Below, in pieces: positions 9,116 through 18,517 of a stretch of DNA of 64,000 nucleotides (its first letter is position 1; each line of letters starts with the position of its first letter). The notes beneath the pieces are model-generated. The model did no database searches. It worked only from the letters and a program-made list of their open reading frames with translations, and was not told the origin of the DNA. Both the position numbers and the translations under genes were made by a program. Source of the DNA: Bdellovibrionota bacterium (lineage in GTDB: Bacteria > Bdellovibrionota_C > UBA2361 > CALJRW01); the NCBI GenBank assembly GCA_041740355.1, contig JBGSMD010000006.1:1-64000 (forward strand). Direction: 5' to 3'.

Positions 9116-9975
9116 TGAAAGATCTAGATCGCCGTTATATTTATTTATTAGTCTTTGTAGTTTTAGCAATCCCTTTGATGTTAAAGCTTTCGATGACTCC
9201 GGCAAAAATGAAGGCTTCCACGCAAGCTTACAACTTGATTGAAAATATTGAATTCAAGCCAGGTGAGATTGCTTTTATCGCGCTTGATTTTGGACCCAGT
9301 ACCAAGGCCGAGAATGAAGCCCAGGCCATGGTTTTAATCGAACATCTTTTTCGCAAACGTGTTCCGGTAGTGATGTTTTCCATGATTCCTTTTGCCGAAG
9401 CATTTCTAAAATTTACACCAGAGAAAGTTGCTGAAAAACTACAGAAGGAAAATCCAGGTGAAAATTGGGTTTATGGAAAAGATTGGGTAAACCTTGGTTT
9501 TCGTCAGGGTGCTGTAATACTTCTACAACAGATGACGAAGTCAACTGATTTAAAAAAATTATTTAAAGCTGATGTAAATGGGACAGCATTAAGTAATTTT
9601 AGTTTATTAAAAGACTTTAAAGATTTTAATCAAATTAAATTATTGGGTCACTTCACGGGATTAGTCGGTGTATTTGATCGTTATTTAGGATTCTTTAGTA
9701 GTAAAACGCATCGACCATTATTTGTACATGGTTGTACCTCAATTACGATTCCAGAAGCTTATATCTATTTGGATTCCAAACAACTTGATGGCTTATTTGA
9801 AGGGATCGCTGGGGCTGCTTGGTATTCACATCTACTTAACAAAAATTTTCCAAATCGGGAGCCAGATACGGCACTCCTGGTTAACACCGGTTTAGGTGTT
9901 GCGCAGCTTTTGATTATTGTACTGATTATTATTGGTAATATTGTATTTTTTGTTAAACGGAAGAAGAATGTTTAG
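9115..9975 (+). CDS. Membrane-anchored protein with a central soluble alpha/beta domain (GlmL-associated operon)
   Basis: N- and C-terminal TMs; DFGPS..AE, YGKDWVNLGF, QLDGL..G..GAA.Y; TAATG overlap. Confidence 0.8.
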   Translation: MKDLDRRYIYLLVFVVLAIPLMLKLSMTPAKMKASTQAYNLIENIEFKPGEIAFIALDFGPSTKAENEAQAMVLIEHLFRKRVPVVMFSMIPFAEAFLKFTPEKVAEKLQKENPGENWVYGKDWVNLGFRQGAVILLQQMTKSTDLKKLFKADVNGTALSNFSLLKDFKDFNQIKLLGHFTGLVGVFDRYLGFFSSKTHRPLFVHGCTSITIPEAYIYLDSKQLDGLFEGIAGAAWYSHLLNKNFPNREPDTALLVNTGLGVAQLLIIVLIIIGNIVFFVKRKKNV

Positions 9976-10666
9976 TTGGGAAAGTTTAACAATCATTACT
10001 GCGGGGATTAGTACTTTAGCAATCTTTAGCTTTTTATATAAAGAGAATTCTTTATATCGATTTTTTGAGCATTTGTTCATTGGAATTTCGGCTGCCTTTG
10101 GTCTGTTATTTACGGTCAAAAACTTTTTATACCCAGAAGTGATCGTGCCCATCTTAGGATTAGATATTTATACTTTTCCTGATGGATCACAATCTAAACC
10201 TCGAGATTACTTGTATTTTTGGTACTTGTTACCTGCCGCCTTTGGCTTATTGTACTATTTTATATATAGCAAAAAGCATAACTGGTTAGCAAAATTAGTG
10301 ATTGGTTTTACACTCGGCGCAAGTGGGGGGCTCGCTTTTAAAGGCTTCTTTAATCAGTACCTGCCACAAATAGCCGGGAGCTTTAAGCCCCTAGTAGTAA
10401 AAGCTAATGATCAAATCGATTGGTTAGCAAGTTTTAGTAATATAGTTTTTGTTTATACCTTCATTGCTGTTTTATTCTATTTTCTTTTTTCCAATAAGCA
10501 GAAATCAGCAGTAGCAAGAAAGTTTAATCAATCCGGAAGAGTTTTGTTGATGGTTTGTTTTGGCGCTTTCTTTGGCTCTACCGTTATGGCTCGGATGGCT
10601 TTACTTGTGGAACGAATTCAATTCTTAATTTTTGATTTCCTAAGAGTCCTAGGACTAAGTATTTAA
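9968..10666 (+). CDS. Multi-pass membrane protein (GlmL-associated operon)
   Basis: About 6 TMs; TLAIFSFLYKEN..YRFFEHLFIG and GR..LMVCFGA.FG.TVM.R. ATG at 9968 preferred over the track start at 9932. Confidence 0.8.
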   Translation: MFSWESLTIITAGISTLAIFSFLYKENSLYRFFEHLFIGISAAFGLLFTVKNFLYPEVIVPILGLDIYTFPDGSQSKPRDYLYFWYLLPAAFGLLYYFIYSKKHNWLAKLVIGFTLGASGGLAFKGFFNQYLPQIAGSFKPLVVKANDQIDWLASFSNIVFVYTFIAVLFYFLFSNKQKSAVARKFNQSGRVLLMVCFGAFFGSTVMARMALLVERIQFLIFDFLRVLGLSI

Positions 10667-10668
10667 AA

Positions 10669-12426
10669 ATGAATAATCGTCGCTTACAAACAGTATTAGT
10701 AACAGATTGTGGTTCTACAACTACTAAGGCTTTGCTTTTTGAAAAGCATCAGGACCGTTGGAAATTAACTTTCCGTGGAGAAGCCCCAACTACAGTGGAA
10801 AATCCGATTGCCGATGTAACAGTTGGTGCGCTTAATGCTTTTAGAGAGTTAGAGGAAATTAGCGGAAGAAGTTTTCTAAAGAAAAATATTAAGCAAGGCG
10901 AACAACCTTTTGTACTTGATAGTAAGGATTCAACTCAGGGAATAGATTTATATCTTTCTACTAGTTCAGCAGGTGGTGGTTTACAAATGTTAGTTGCCGG
11001 AATTGTTGGTAACTTGAGTGCTAGTTCTGCAGCACGTGCGGCCTTAGGAGCCGGTGCAATTGTTCTTAGTACGATTTCATTCGATGATAAATTAGAAGAT
11101 TACGAGAAGATTAAACAAATCAGGGAATTAAAACCTGATATCTTCTTATTAGCAGGTGGCTTTGAAAATGGTGCAATTGATCAAGTAATTGAGCTCGCCG
11201 AAATCCTTTTAGCAGCAGCACCGACTCCACGATTTGGAAAAACCTTAAAACTGCCAGTGATTTATGCTGGTAATAAGGCAGCATTAGAAGATGTAGATAA
11301 AATTCTAGAGCCCTTAGCAACATTTATGTCGGTAGATAATCTTCGCCCGAGTTTTTTAGAAGAAAATTTGATTCCAACCAGAGAAGCAGTGCATGAACTT
11401 TTCTTAACGCACGTGATGAGCCACTCTCCGGGTTACGATAAACTATTAACCTGGACTCCTGAACCAATTATCCCAACACCTTCAGCTGTAGGTAAAATTA
11501 TTAAAACTTATGCTGAACGAAGTAAGCAGAATGTTTTAGCTGTGGATATTGGTGGTGCTACCACCGATGTCTTTAGTGTTTTTTTAAGCCAAGGCTCATA
11601 TGTTTTTAATCGGACTGTCTCTGCCAATTTAGGAATGAGTTATTCCGTCGCCAATGTCCTGAAAGAAGCGGGACTAGCCAATATCGTTCGTTGGTTGGAC
11701 CAAGGCGTAGATCCAGAAGAAGTGATAAATCGAATTCGTAATAAAATGATTCGACCAACATCTATTCCGCAAGCTCTAGAAGATTTATATTTAGAACAAG
11801 CAATTTGCCGAGAAGCATTAAGGCTATCCCTACAACATCATAAACAACTGGCAGTTGGGGTTGATCAGACTGTTACAAAAAAAGGGATTGCTAATATCTT
11901 TACTCAAAAGACATCAAAGATTGAGTTGGTGGATATGATGGCTTTAGATCTGGTGATTGGATCTGGCGGCGTGATTAGTCATGCCCCAGATCGAATGCAA
12001 GCAGCCATGATGATGCAAGATGGTTTTGCCTTGAAAGGTCTAACAAAAATTACGGTTGATTCAATTTTTATGCTGCCGCACTTAGGAGTCTTTGCTGAAG
12101 TCGCTCCAGAAGCAGCCGAGGAAGTTTTTTTAAATGATTGTTTAATCCATGTTGCTGACAGTATCACCCCAGTTGCAAAAACAACTAAAGCCTTGGGTTT
12201 AAATCTTGCAAAAGTACAAATCAATAATCGGCATCCGATCGAAATTGTTCGGGGAGAGCTTAAAGTAATTCCTTTGGGTTTTAAGGATAAATATCGAGTG
12301 ACTGTAATTCCTAGTACTAAATTAATTGATGTTGGAGCAGGATACGGTGAAATGCTCGATTGTGAAATTGTTGCTGGAGAGTCTGGTTTAATTTTAGATG
12401 GGAGGCTGCTGAAATGTCTAGTTTAG
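10669..12426 (+). CDS. GlmL-like (glutamate mutase L family) ASKHA-fold ATPase
   Basis: Phosphate-1 VTDCGSTTTK, STSSAGGGLQM, phosphate-2 AVDIGGATTDVFS, RTVSANLGMSYS, adenosine motif IGSGG. Confidence 0.85.
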   Translation: MNNRRLQTVLVTDCGSTTTKALLFEKHQDRWKLTFRGEAPTTVENPIADVTVGALNAFRELEEISGRSFLKKNIKQGEQPFVLDSKDSTQGIDLYLSTSSAGGGLQMLVAGIVGNLSASSAARAALGAGAIVLSTISFDDKLEDYEKIKQIRELKPDIFLLAGGFENGAIDQVIELAEILLAAAPTPRFGKTLKLPVIYAGNKAALEDVDKILEPLATFMSVDNLRPSFLEENLIPTREAVHELFLTHVMSHSPGYDKLLTWTPEPIIPTPSAVGKIIKTYAERSKQNVLAVDIGGATTDVFSVFLSQGSYVFNRTVSANLGMSYSVANVLKEAGLANIVRWLDQGVDPEEVINRIRNKMIRPTSIPQALEDLYLEQAICREALRLSLQHHKQLAVGVDQTVTKKGIANIFTQKTSKIELVDMMALDLVIGSGGVISHAPDRMQAAMMMQDGFALKGLTKITVDSIFMLPHLGVFAEVAPEAAEEVFLNDCLIHVADSITPVAKTTKALGLNLAKVQINNRHPIEIVRGELKVIPLGFKDKYRVTVIPSTKLIDVGAGYGEMLDCEIVAGESGLILDGRLLKCLV

Positions 12427-13523
12427 TACCAAGTCTTACTCTAAAAGAAAAAACAGAATTAGTTAAGCGACGAGAATTACCTTTAAAAGGTAAGATCTTA
12501 GTACAGGTAGGAGACGAAGTTACTGCTGAGCAAATTATTGCCGAAGCAGAAATGCCCGGGGATCTACAAATAGTTAAATTAGTTGAACAGTCCGGACTTG
12601 ATTTAGATTTAGTAATCCAACATTTGACTTTGAAGGAAGGTGACAGGGTCGAGCGAAATCAATTATTGTTTCAGTACAAAACTTTTTTTGGATTATTTCA
12701 GACAAGTGTCTTTGCTCCGATTACTGGAGAAATCGAATTTATTAGCCAACATAACGCTCATGTTGGCATTCGAGGTGTTTCAAAAAAATTAAAACTTCAA
12801 GCTTATCTTGCTGGTAAAGTGTTGAGTATTAGTGGAGATCAATTAATAGAAATTGGATCTACTGCTACATTTGTTCAGGGTATTTTTGGTGTTGGAGGCG
12901 AAAGGTTTGGGGAAATTATAATTTTAAATAATCAAACAAGCAAAGAATTGTTAGCAAGCGACATTTCGGGTGATCTTAAAAATAAGATTCTGATTAGTCG
13001 TGCTGCACCTACTTGGGAAGCATTAGAGGCAATTAGCAAATCAGGTGCCTCCGGGATTATTTTGGGAAGTATTGATAATACTCTTTTGACAAAATATTTA
13101 GGTTACGAATTAGGCTTACCAATTACTGGCAGTGAAGACTTACCATTCACTTTAATTATTACCGAAGGTTTTGGAGAAATTCCCATGTCGGAGCGATATC
13201 TTGAAATTTTTAAAAAGTTAGCTGGAAAGAATGCCGCAATTAATGGTGCTACCCAGATTCGTGCTGGAGCAGTAAGGCCTGAAATTATTGTTGCCAATAC
13301 TCATCTCAAATCTAAGGCTGCTCCCAAATTTTCTGGATTAGAAGTTGGAGCGATGGTCAAAGTAATTCGCTATCCTTACTTTGGAATGAACGGCAAGATT
13401 ATTGATTTACCTGTAACTCCGGAATTAATTGAAACTGGAGCATTAGTAAGAGTTGCCGAGTTGGAACTAGAAAACCGCCGAGTGGTAACTGTTCCTCGAG
13501 CAAATCTCGAAGTAATAAACTAA
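12414..13523 (+). CDS. Hypothetical protein with barrel-sandwich-hybrid-like repeats and a C-terminal KOW/SH3-like domain
   Basis: GKILVQVGDEV..EQIIA, LKEGDRVERNQLL, APITGEI; C-terminal VGAMVKVIRYPYFG..GKI. Overlaps the ATPase stop. Confidence 0.7.
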   Translation: MSSLVPSLTLKEKTELVKRRELPLKGKILVQVGDEVTAEQIIAEAEMPGDLQIVKLVEQSGLDLDLVIQHLTLKEGDRVERNQLLFQYKTFFGLFQTSVFAPITGEIEFISQHNAHVGIRGVSKKLKLQAYLAGKVLSISGDQLIEIGSTATFVQGIFGVGGERFGEIIILNNQTSKELLASDISGDLKNKILISRAAPTWEALEAISKSGASGIILGSIDNTLLTKYLGYELGLPITGSEDLPFTLIITEGFGEIPMSERYLEIFKKLAGKNAAINGATQIRAGAVRPEIIVANTHLKSKAAPKFSGLEVGAMVKVIRYPYFGMNGKIIDLPVTPELIETGALVRVAELELENRRVVTVPRANLEVIN

Positions 13524-14059
13524 TTACATAGTTTACGAGGATTCTTTGGAATATAATCCACCCGATCTTTTTCCGAAGTTATTGCATCAGGTGTCCACTC
13601 ATGAGGGATTAGTGGAGAGTTATAAGCAAAACGTCCTTCGTCCTCAGGATTGTAGATCTCGGAAGTTATATAAAATAAATGTGCAATTGGACTTAGCACT
13701 TGGCAAGCATGTAAAACTCCTGGTGGGATTCTAATGCAGACTTCCTTAGTATCTATTCCATAGGTATCTGTTTCTCCCACAATAATTTCTTGTTTTGTCA
13801 GATATGTTGGACTTTCTTCGCGATAATCATAAAGTACTACTTGCACTTGTCCTAGTGGTACGTACCACCAATCTGTTTGTAAATGATGATAATGCCAAGC
13901 TTTGACTACGTCCTTTTGCATTTTGCTATGACTCCACTGAGCAAATTTACCACCTTCAAAAAGTGGTTCATTATGACGAAAGATTTCTCTAAAAAAGCCA
14001 CGTCCATCAGGAAAAGATTTTAAATCTTTAATTTCGACGCCAAAAATTTTTGCTTCCAT
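13520..14059 (-). CDS. dTDP-4-dehydrorhamnose 3,5-epimerase (RmlC)-family cupin
   Basis: DGRGFFREIF, VVKAWHYH, LYDYREESPTY, IPPGVLHA, YNPEDE. Confidence 0.85.
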   Translation of the reverse strand: MEAKIFGVEIKDLKSFPDGRGFFREIFRHNEPLFEGGKFAQWSHSKMQKDVVKAWHYHHLQTDWWYVPLGQVQVVLYDYREESPTYLTKQEIIVGETDTYGIDTKEVCIRIPPGVLHACQVLSPIAHLFYITSEIYNPEDEGRFAYNSPLIPHEWTPDAITSEKDRVDYIPKNPRKLCN

Positions 14060-14081
14060 ATGATCACTGTTTTAAAATTTA

Positions 14082-14154
14082 TATATAGTTATGACAAAAT
14101 ATAGCAAAACTAACTTTTAAATATTAGGAAATTACTTTTTGTCATGACTATATA
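14082..14154. repeat. Short MITE-like element, copy 2
   Basis: TATATAGTTATGACAAAA...TTTTGTCATGACTATATA with a spacer resembling 61916-61949. Contains the tsaC stop codon. Confidence 0.75.
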
Positions 14155-15128
14155 CTTACTGCTCGCTTTAAACGATCCATGATGGCGAGCCCTATTTTGT
14201 CTACCGGGCAATCATCAATTACTATTAAGTCTAATCCTTGTAGATCTAATTCTCTAAGTGTTGCAAAAAGTTTTTGGGCAACTTCATTTAGATCTCCATC
14301 CGCACTAAGTAATTTATAGCTAAAAAAAGAGTTTTGTTCTAGTTCAGAAAGGGCTTGAAAGGCAATCAGGCCAATTTTTTTTGATTCAGATGATGGCAAG
14401 TAATTTGCTTTAAATTTGAGTGGTGTTTTAGGACTATAGTGCTTGATTTGTTGCCCAGGGGAATTTTGCATCACATTTTCTGTAATAACTTTTTCCTGAT
14501 ATTGAACACTCGGAATAATTCGGCGAATAACTTCAAGTGTTATAGCGCCAGGCCTTAGGATCTCGGGTATATCCGAAACTAAAGATAAGATAGTTGATTC
14601 CAAACCAACAGTGCAATTTCCACCATCAATTATAATTTCTACTTTTTCTCCAAATTCATCGGCAACGTGCTGAGCTGATGTTGGGCTAATATAGTTGGAA
14701 CGATTTGCACTAGGAGCCGCCAGTGGAAGGCCAGACTTACGAATAATTTCCAAAGCAACTGGATGTTGGGGAATGCGAATGGCTACAGTATCACTATTTG
14801 CAGTTACTATCGTTGGGACATTAATCGATTTGGGTAGAATAATGGTAAGGGGACCTGGCCAAAATTCTTTTAACTGATTTAAATAGTATGATTGTTGATC
14901 AGAAAGCTTTCCAATTAGCGAATGAATTTGTTCAAAATCAGAGATATGAATAATTAAAGGATTTGTAGCCGGACGACCCTTCAAATCATATATTTTCTGG
15001 ACAGCTTCAATACTTAAGGCATTTCCGGCAAGTCCATAGACAGTTTCTGTAGGTAAGCCTACTAACTGATCTTTGCTTAGTGCCGTAGAGGCTAAGGCCA
15101 AGTTATCTTCAGTTGGTGCTAAAATCAT
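14148..15128 (-). CDS. tsaC: L-threonylcarbamoyladenylate synthase (Sua5 type)
   Basis: PTETVYGL, KGRPATNPLI, FWPGPLT, APSANRS, SPGQ..KHYSP, C-terminal SUA5 domain. Confidence 0.95.
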   Translation of the reverse strand: MILAPTEDNLALASTALSKDQLVGLPTETVYGLAGNALSIEAVQKIYDLKGRPATNPLIIHISDFEQIHSLIGKLSDQQSYYLNQLKEFWPGPLTIILPKSINVPTIVTANSDTVAIRIPQHPVALEIIRKSGLPLAAPSANRSNYISPTSAQHVADEFGEKVEIIIDGGNCTVGLESTILSLVSDIPEILRPGAITLEVIRRIIPSVQYQEKVITENVMQNSPGQQIKHYSPKTPLKFKANYLPSSESKKIGLIAFQALSELEQNSFFSYKLLSADGDLNEVAQKLFATLRELDLQGLDLIVIDDCPVDKIGLAIMDRLKRAVSI

Positions 15129-15177
15129 AAGAATGACCTTAGCACAAACTGTGACTTAGCCAAAAATCACTATTTAG

Positions 15178-16251
15178 CTATTGATTCTTGAGCATATACT
15201 TCACTAGCACTTCGGCTCGGGCCGGAAGCTCTGCTGGAAATGTCTCATTATTTGGATTGGTACTACCACGAGGATCCCAGACTGGGGACTCATCATAGGC
15301 GTGATACGTCCAAGATTGCAGATTAATTTTTGTTGCTGGTTGACGTTCTGTGGCTGGTATTTTACTTCTCTCAATAAGCTTCAACAATCTTTCTAAGTAA
15401 AGGTCAGCTTTCGGTGCCCAACGTGGCACAGCAAACTCACCGATATTAAAACAGACATCTTTACGATCTTTTTTTGGGAATTTTTTTAGAAGTTTATGAA
15501 TTGGTAGAAAGCTGTTTTTAAGGATTAATTCATTACTAGGTGGATTATGTTTAATTGGATTACCATTAATTCCTTGATTAATATATTTGTTGTCTGGATA
15601 AACATGGAAGCTGTAACAATAATTTGGATCCTTTATTTTTGGTAAAAATCTTAATTGAGTTGGATTACCATAAAGTGCTTTGATAATAATTTGTTTTACG
15701 GGATCAATTGCTCTTATTGCAGTAACAGTGTCTTTTACTAGTTCCGGCCAAGTTAAAGCATTTCTATTAAACAGTGATTTTCTTAGAGCTGGCTCATTAG
15801 AAAGATCGTAGGATAGTACAGTCGAATTGTCCTTATACCGAAGAGCTAATAATTCCCAAACATTAATAAAATCCTGTTGTAGAGCTAACTCAGAAAACAT
15901 CGCATAGTGAGAAGGAGCTTTTCTTGTCTGAAATCCTCCTGGAGGAGAGTAAAGTGTTAATATGACTTTAATCGACTGCGCGTCAAACTTTGGTAATAAA
16001 AGATCAACTTGGTCAAGACTATCACTTATCATTTGGAAGTAATCAGCACCAGTTCTGCCATCCATTAAGGAATCATTACCTACTTGAATTCTAATCACAT
16101 TAGCTTTCCATTCTGAGCCCAAAGATAATATTTCCTCATCGCTTAAATCAGCTGTGCCAATTTGGAAGCCACGATAAACTGGTTCAGCATAGGTAAGATT
16201 TGCGAAAATTAAGACAAATAATAAGAAAGTATAGAGGTTTTTAATGGACAT
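15178..16251 (-). CDS. Secreted glycoside hydrolase family 5
   Basis: Signal peptide; ANVIR, acid/base YDLSNEP, SFHVY, nucleophile IGEF, late SWTYH. Confidence 0.8.
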   Translation of the reverse strand: MSIKNLYTFLLFVLIFANLTYAEPVYRGFQIGTADLSDEEILSLGSEWKANVIRIQVGNDSLMDGRTGADYFQMISDSLDQVDLLLPKFDAQSIKVILTLYSPPGGFQTRKAPSHYAMFSELALQQDFINVWELLALRYKDNSTVLSYDLSNEPALRKSLFNRNALTWPELVKDTVTAIRAIDPVKQIIIKALYGNPTQLRFLPKIKDPNYCYSFHVYPDNKYINQGINGNPIKHNPPSNELILKNSFLPIHKLLKKFPKKDRKDVCFNIGEFAVPRWAPKADLYLERLLKLIERSKIPATERQPATKINLQSWTYHAYDESPVWDPRGSTNPNNETFPAELPARAEVLVKYMLKNQ

Positions 16252-16363
16252 TATGTTTTAATTTTTGGATAAAATTCTACTTTCAGATAATTATAACTAA
16301 TTTATCTGGAACACGAAAGCTAATCAGAATATTTGTTTTGAACAATTTACTAGTGATAAATTT

Positions 16364-17209
16364 CTAGTTTGCAGCTTTGTTCTCTAATGCCTCTTGATAA
16401 ATTCTCTCCGGTGGAGTCCGAAGATTCCACACGAGCCCAAGCTTAGAAAAAAGTACTAAGACATAGTGCGTAATATCCATTTCCCACCAATAGAATCCTT
16501 GCTTTTCTGAGCCAGGATAACGATGGTGATTGTTGTGCCATCCTTCGCCCAGAGTAATAATTGCTAGGATAAAACTATTGCGACTTTCATCGGCAGTATT
16601 GAAACGTCTTTTGCCAATTAAGTGTGTAAATGAGTTAATGCAGAATACGCCGTGATATAGCAATACAGTACTAAGAAAACATCCCCAGAATAAACATTGT
16701 AATGCTGTAGTACCTAAGCTTGGAAAGAAATTTTCAACTACAAGTCCTAGTAAATAACATCCAGCCATAAACATTAGAGGTGGTACGTAGAAATACTTAT
16801 CTAACCAATTTAATTCTGGATATATTGTTAAATCCTTCACTAATTTTAAATCAGCTTCGTCGTGCTCATCAGAAAGTACCCAACCGGCATGTGCCCACCA
16901 GATTCCTCTGATTCCAGGAGCATGAATATCTTGTTCAGTATCAGCATGCTTGTGATGATGACGATGTGCTGCTGCCCACCAAAGAGGGCCTTTTTGTGCA
17001 GCGCAGGTGCCAGTGAAAGCAAGTAGAAATTGAAACACTCTACTTGTTTGATAAGTGCGGTGTGACATTAAGCGATGAAAACATGCTGTGATGGCAAACA
17101 TGCGAATTAAATAAAACGCTAGACATAGGGCTAATGCAAAGTGTGAATATCCCACGACAAAAGCCATGATAGCTAAGATATGAATCACGATGAAAAATAT
17201 TTTATTCAT
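16364..17209 (-). CDS. Delta-9 acyl-CoA/acyl-lipid desaturase
   Basis: His boxes HRLMSH, HRHHH, GEGWHNNHH. Confidence 0.93.
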   Translation of the reverse strand: MNKIFFIVIHILAIMAFVVGYSHFALALCLAFYLIRMFAITACFHRLMSHRTYQTSRVFQFLLAFTGTCAAQKGPLWWAAAHRHHHKHADTEQDIHAPGIRGIWWAHAGWVLSDEHDEADLKLVKDLTIYPELNWLDKYFYVPPLMFMAGCYLLGLVVENFFPSLGTTALQCLFWGCFLSTVLLYHGVFCINSFTHLIGKRRFNTADESRNSFILAIITLGEGWHNNHHRYPGSEKQGFYWWEMDITHYVLVLFSKLGLVWNLRTPPERIYQEALENKAAN

Positions 17210-17909
17210 TAATTCCTAATTTAAAATTTACCCGTTTATTTAGTGTAACTAAAATCTCAGTTAGCTTATTAGTTTCTGAGATTAGTTCTTCCTTACTCAA
17301 CCCCTTCTTTATACTATATCCTTCTCCAGCTAGCAAAAATACCTTAGAGAAAGGTATCGGGATAAACATAGAATCCCAGCTTTTAAGGCTCCATTTCCAT
17401 TTAGCATTAAGAGCTACAGGGATGATTTTTGCACCTGTCATTGAAGCTAATTTAATAGTTCCTAGTTTAGCAATTTCCACGGGACCTTTGGGTCCATCTG
17501 GAGCAATAATCACGTGGTTACCAGTTTTAATCTTTTTTATCATTTCCACAAATGCTCGTCTCCCTCCTCTAGTTGAGGAGCCACCGATATAAGAAATGTT
17601 CATATTTTTAATAGTTTGTGCAGCCAGTTGTCCATCTCGATGGGTGCTAGCAAGGGCAAAGAGTGGTTTGCGGTTTTTTTTGGGGCAGTGGTTTACATCA
17701 TAAACATATGGCATAAAAATTTGTTGAGAGTGCCAAAACGCTAAAATTGCCGGTTCGCCTACCGACCAATGTTGATTATTAGTAATTACTCCCTCTTGTT
17801 CCCAGCGAAGTGTGAGTCGAAGTAATTTTGTAATTTTTGATATTAAAAATCCCAAAAAATCATTTTTTTGTGTGGAATTTAGTCGGAACCGAAGTAAAGA
17901 ATAGAACAT
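17202..17909 (-). CDS. DUF374 / lysophospholipid acyltransferase-family protein
   Basis: AFWH, S.HRDG, GSSTRGG, PDGPKGP, SWD...IP.PFSK. Confidence 0.85.
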   Translation of the reverse strand: MFYSLLRFRLNSTQKNDFLGFLISKITKLLRLTLRWEQEGVITNNQHWSVGEPAILAFWHSQQIFMPYVYDVNHCPKKNRKPLFALASTHRDGQLAAQTIKNMNISYIGGSSTRGGRRAFVEMIKKIKTGNHVIIAPDGPKGPVEIAKLGTIKLASMTGAKIIPVALNAKWKWSLKSWDSMFIPIPFSKVFLLAGEGYSIKKGLSKEELISETNKLTEILVTLNKRVNFKLGINE

Positions 17910-18112
17910 GAGTTTTTAAACAAAAAAACTCAGAAATTTAGGGGAGTCTTGCTAATAGATATCAGAAAACTATCGGTTGGACTTTAGGTAAGTCCTCGTT
18001 TTTTTCAGGGGTATTAATCAATACACTTGAGGAGTCTTTATAACCAATATTATACTCTTTAAGTATTAAACTCACAACAAGGCGATTATTTTGATTGTGT
18101 ATTGCAATGCTT

Positions 18113-18484
18113 CTAAGCAGCTTCTTGCTTGGAATTACCAATGATCTTAGTTAAATTAATCATTTTTGCCTTGTGAAATAGAGCTTCTAAATTATAGATT
18201 TCTCTAGTCTGCTCGTAGAAAACATGAACCACTACATCAAAGAAATCGATTAAGATCCAATGACCTTTGTCGTACCCTTCTAAATATTTAGGTTTAATTT
18301 TATTTTTACTAAGATCGTCAATAATTCTATTGGCAATACCAATCGTGTGTCGATCGGAGCGACCACTAAGGATAATAATTGTTTCAGTATAATCAACAAA
18401 TCCTCTAACATCATAAGCTATTGGGTCAATCGCTTTGCTGTCTGATGCCGAAATAATAATTTGGTTTAGTAAAGAATTTTTCAT
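18113..18484 (-). CDS. rsfS: Ribosome silencing factor
   Basis: KAID, SGRSDRH, WILIDFFDVVVHVF..TREIYNLE. Confidence 0.93.
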   Translation of the reverse strand: MKNSLLNQIIISASDSKAIDPIAYDVRGFVDYTETIIILSGRSDRHTIGIANRIIDDLSKNKIKPKYLEGYDKGHWILIDFFDVVVHVFYEQTREIYNLEALFHKAKMINLTKIIGNSKQEAA

Positions 18485-18517
18485 GAATATAGTTCCAGTA
18501 TAAACTTGGTATTTGTC

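Noticed and set aside
10669-12426. DNA mismatch-repair MutL or a functional glutamate mutase locus
   Set aside because: Motifs are ASKHA-type, not GHKL; no mutase S/E subunit or B12-binding motif seen nearby.
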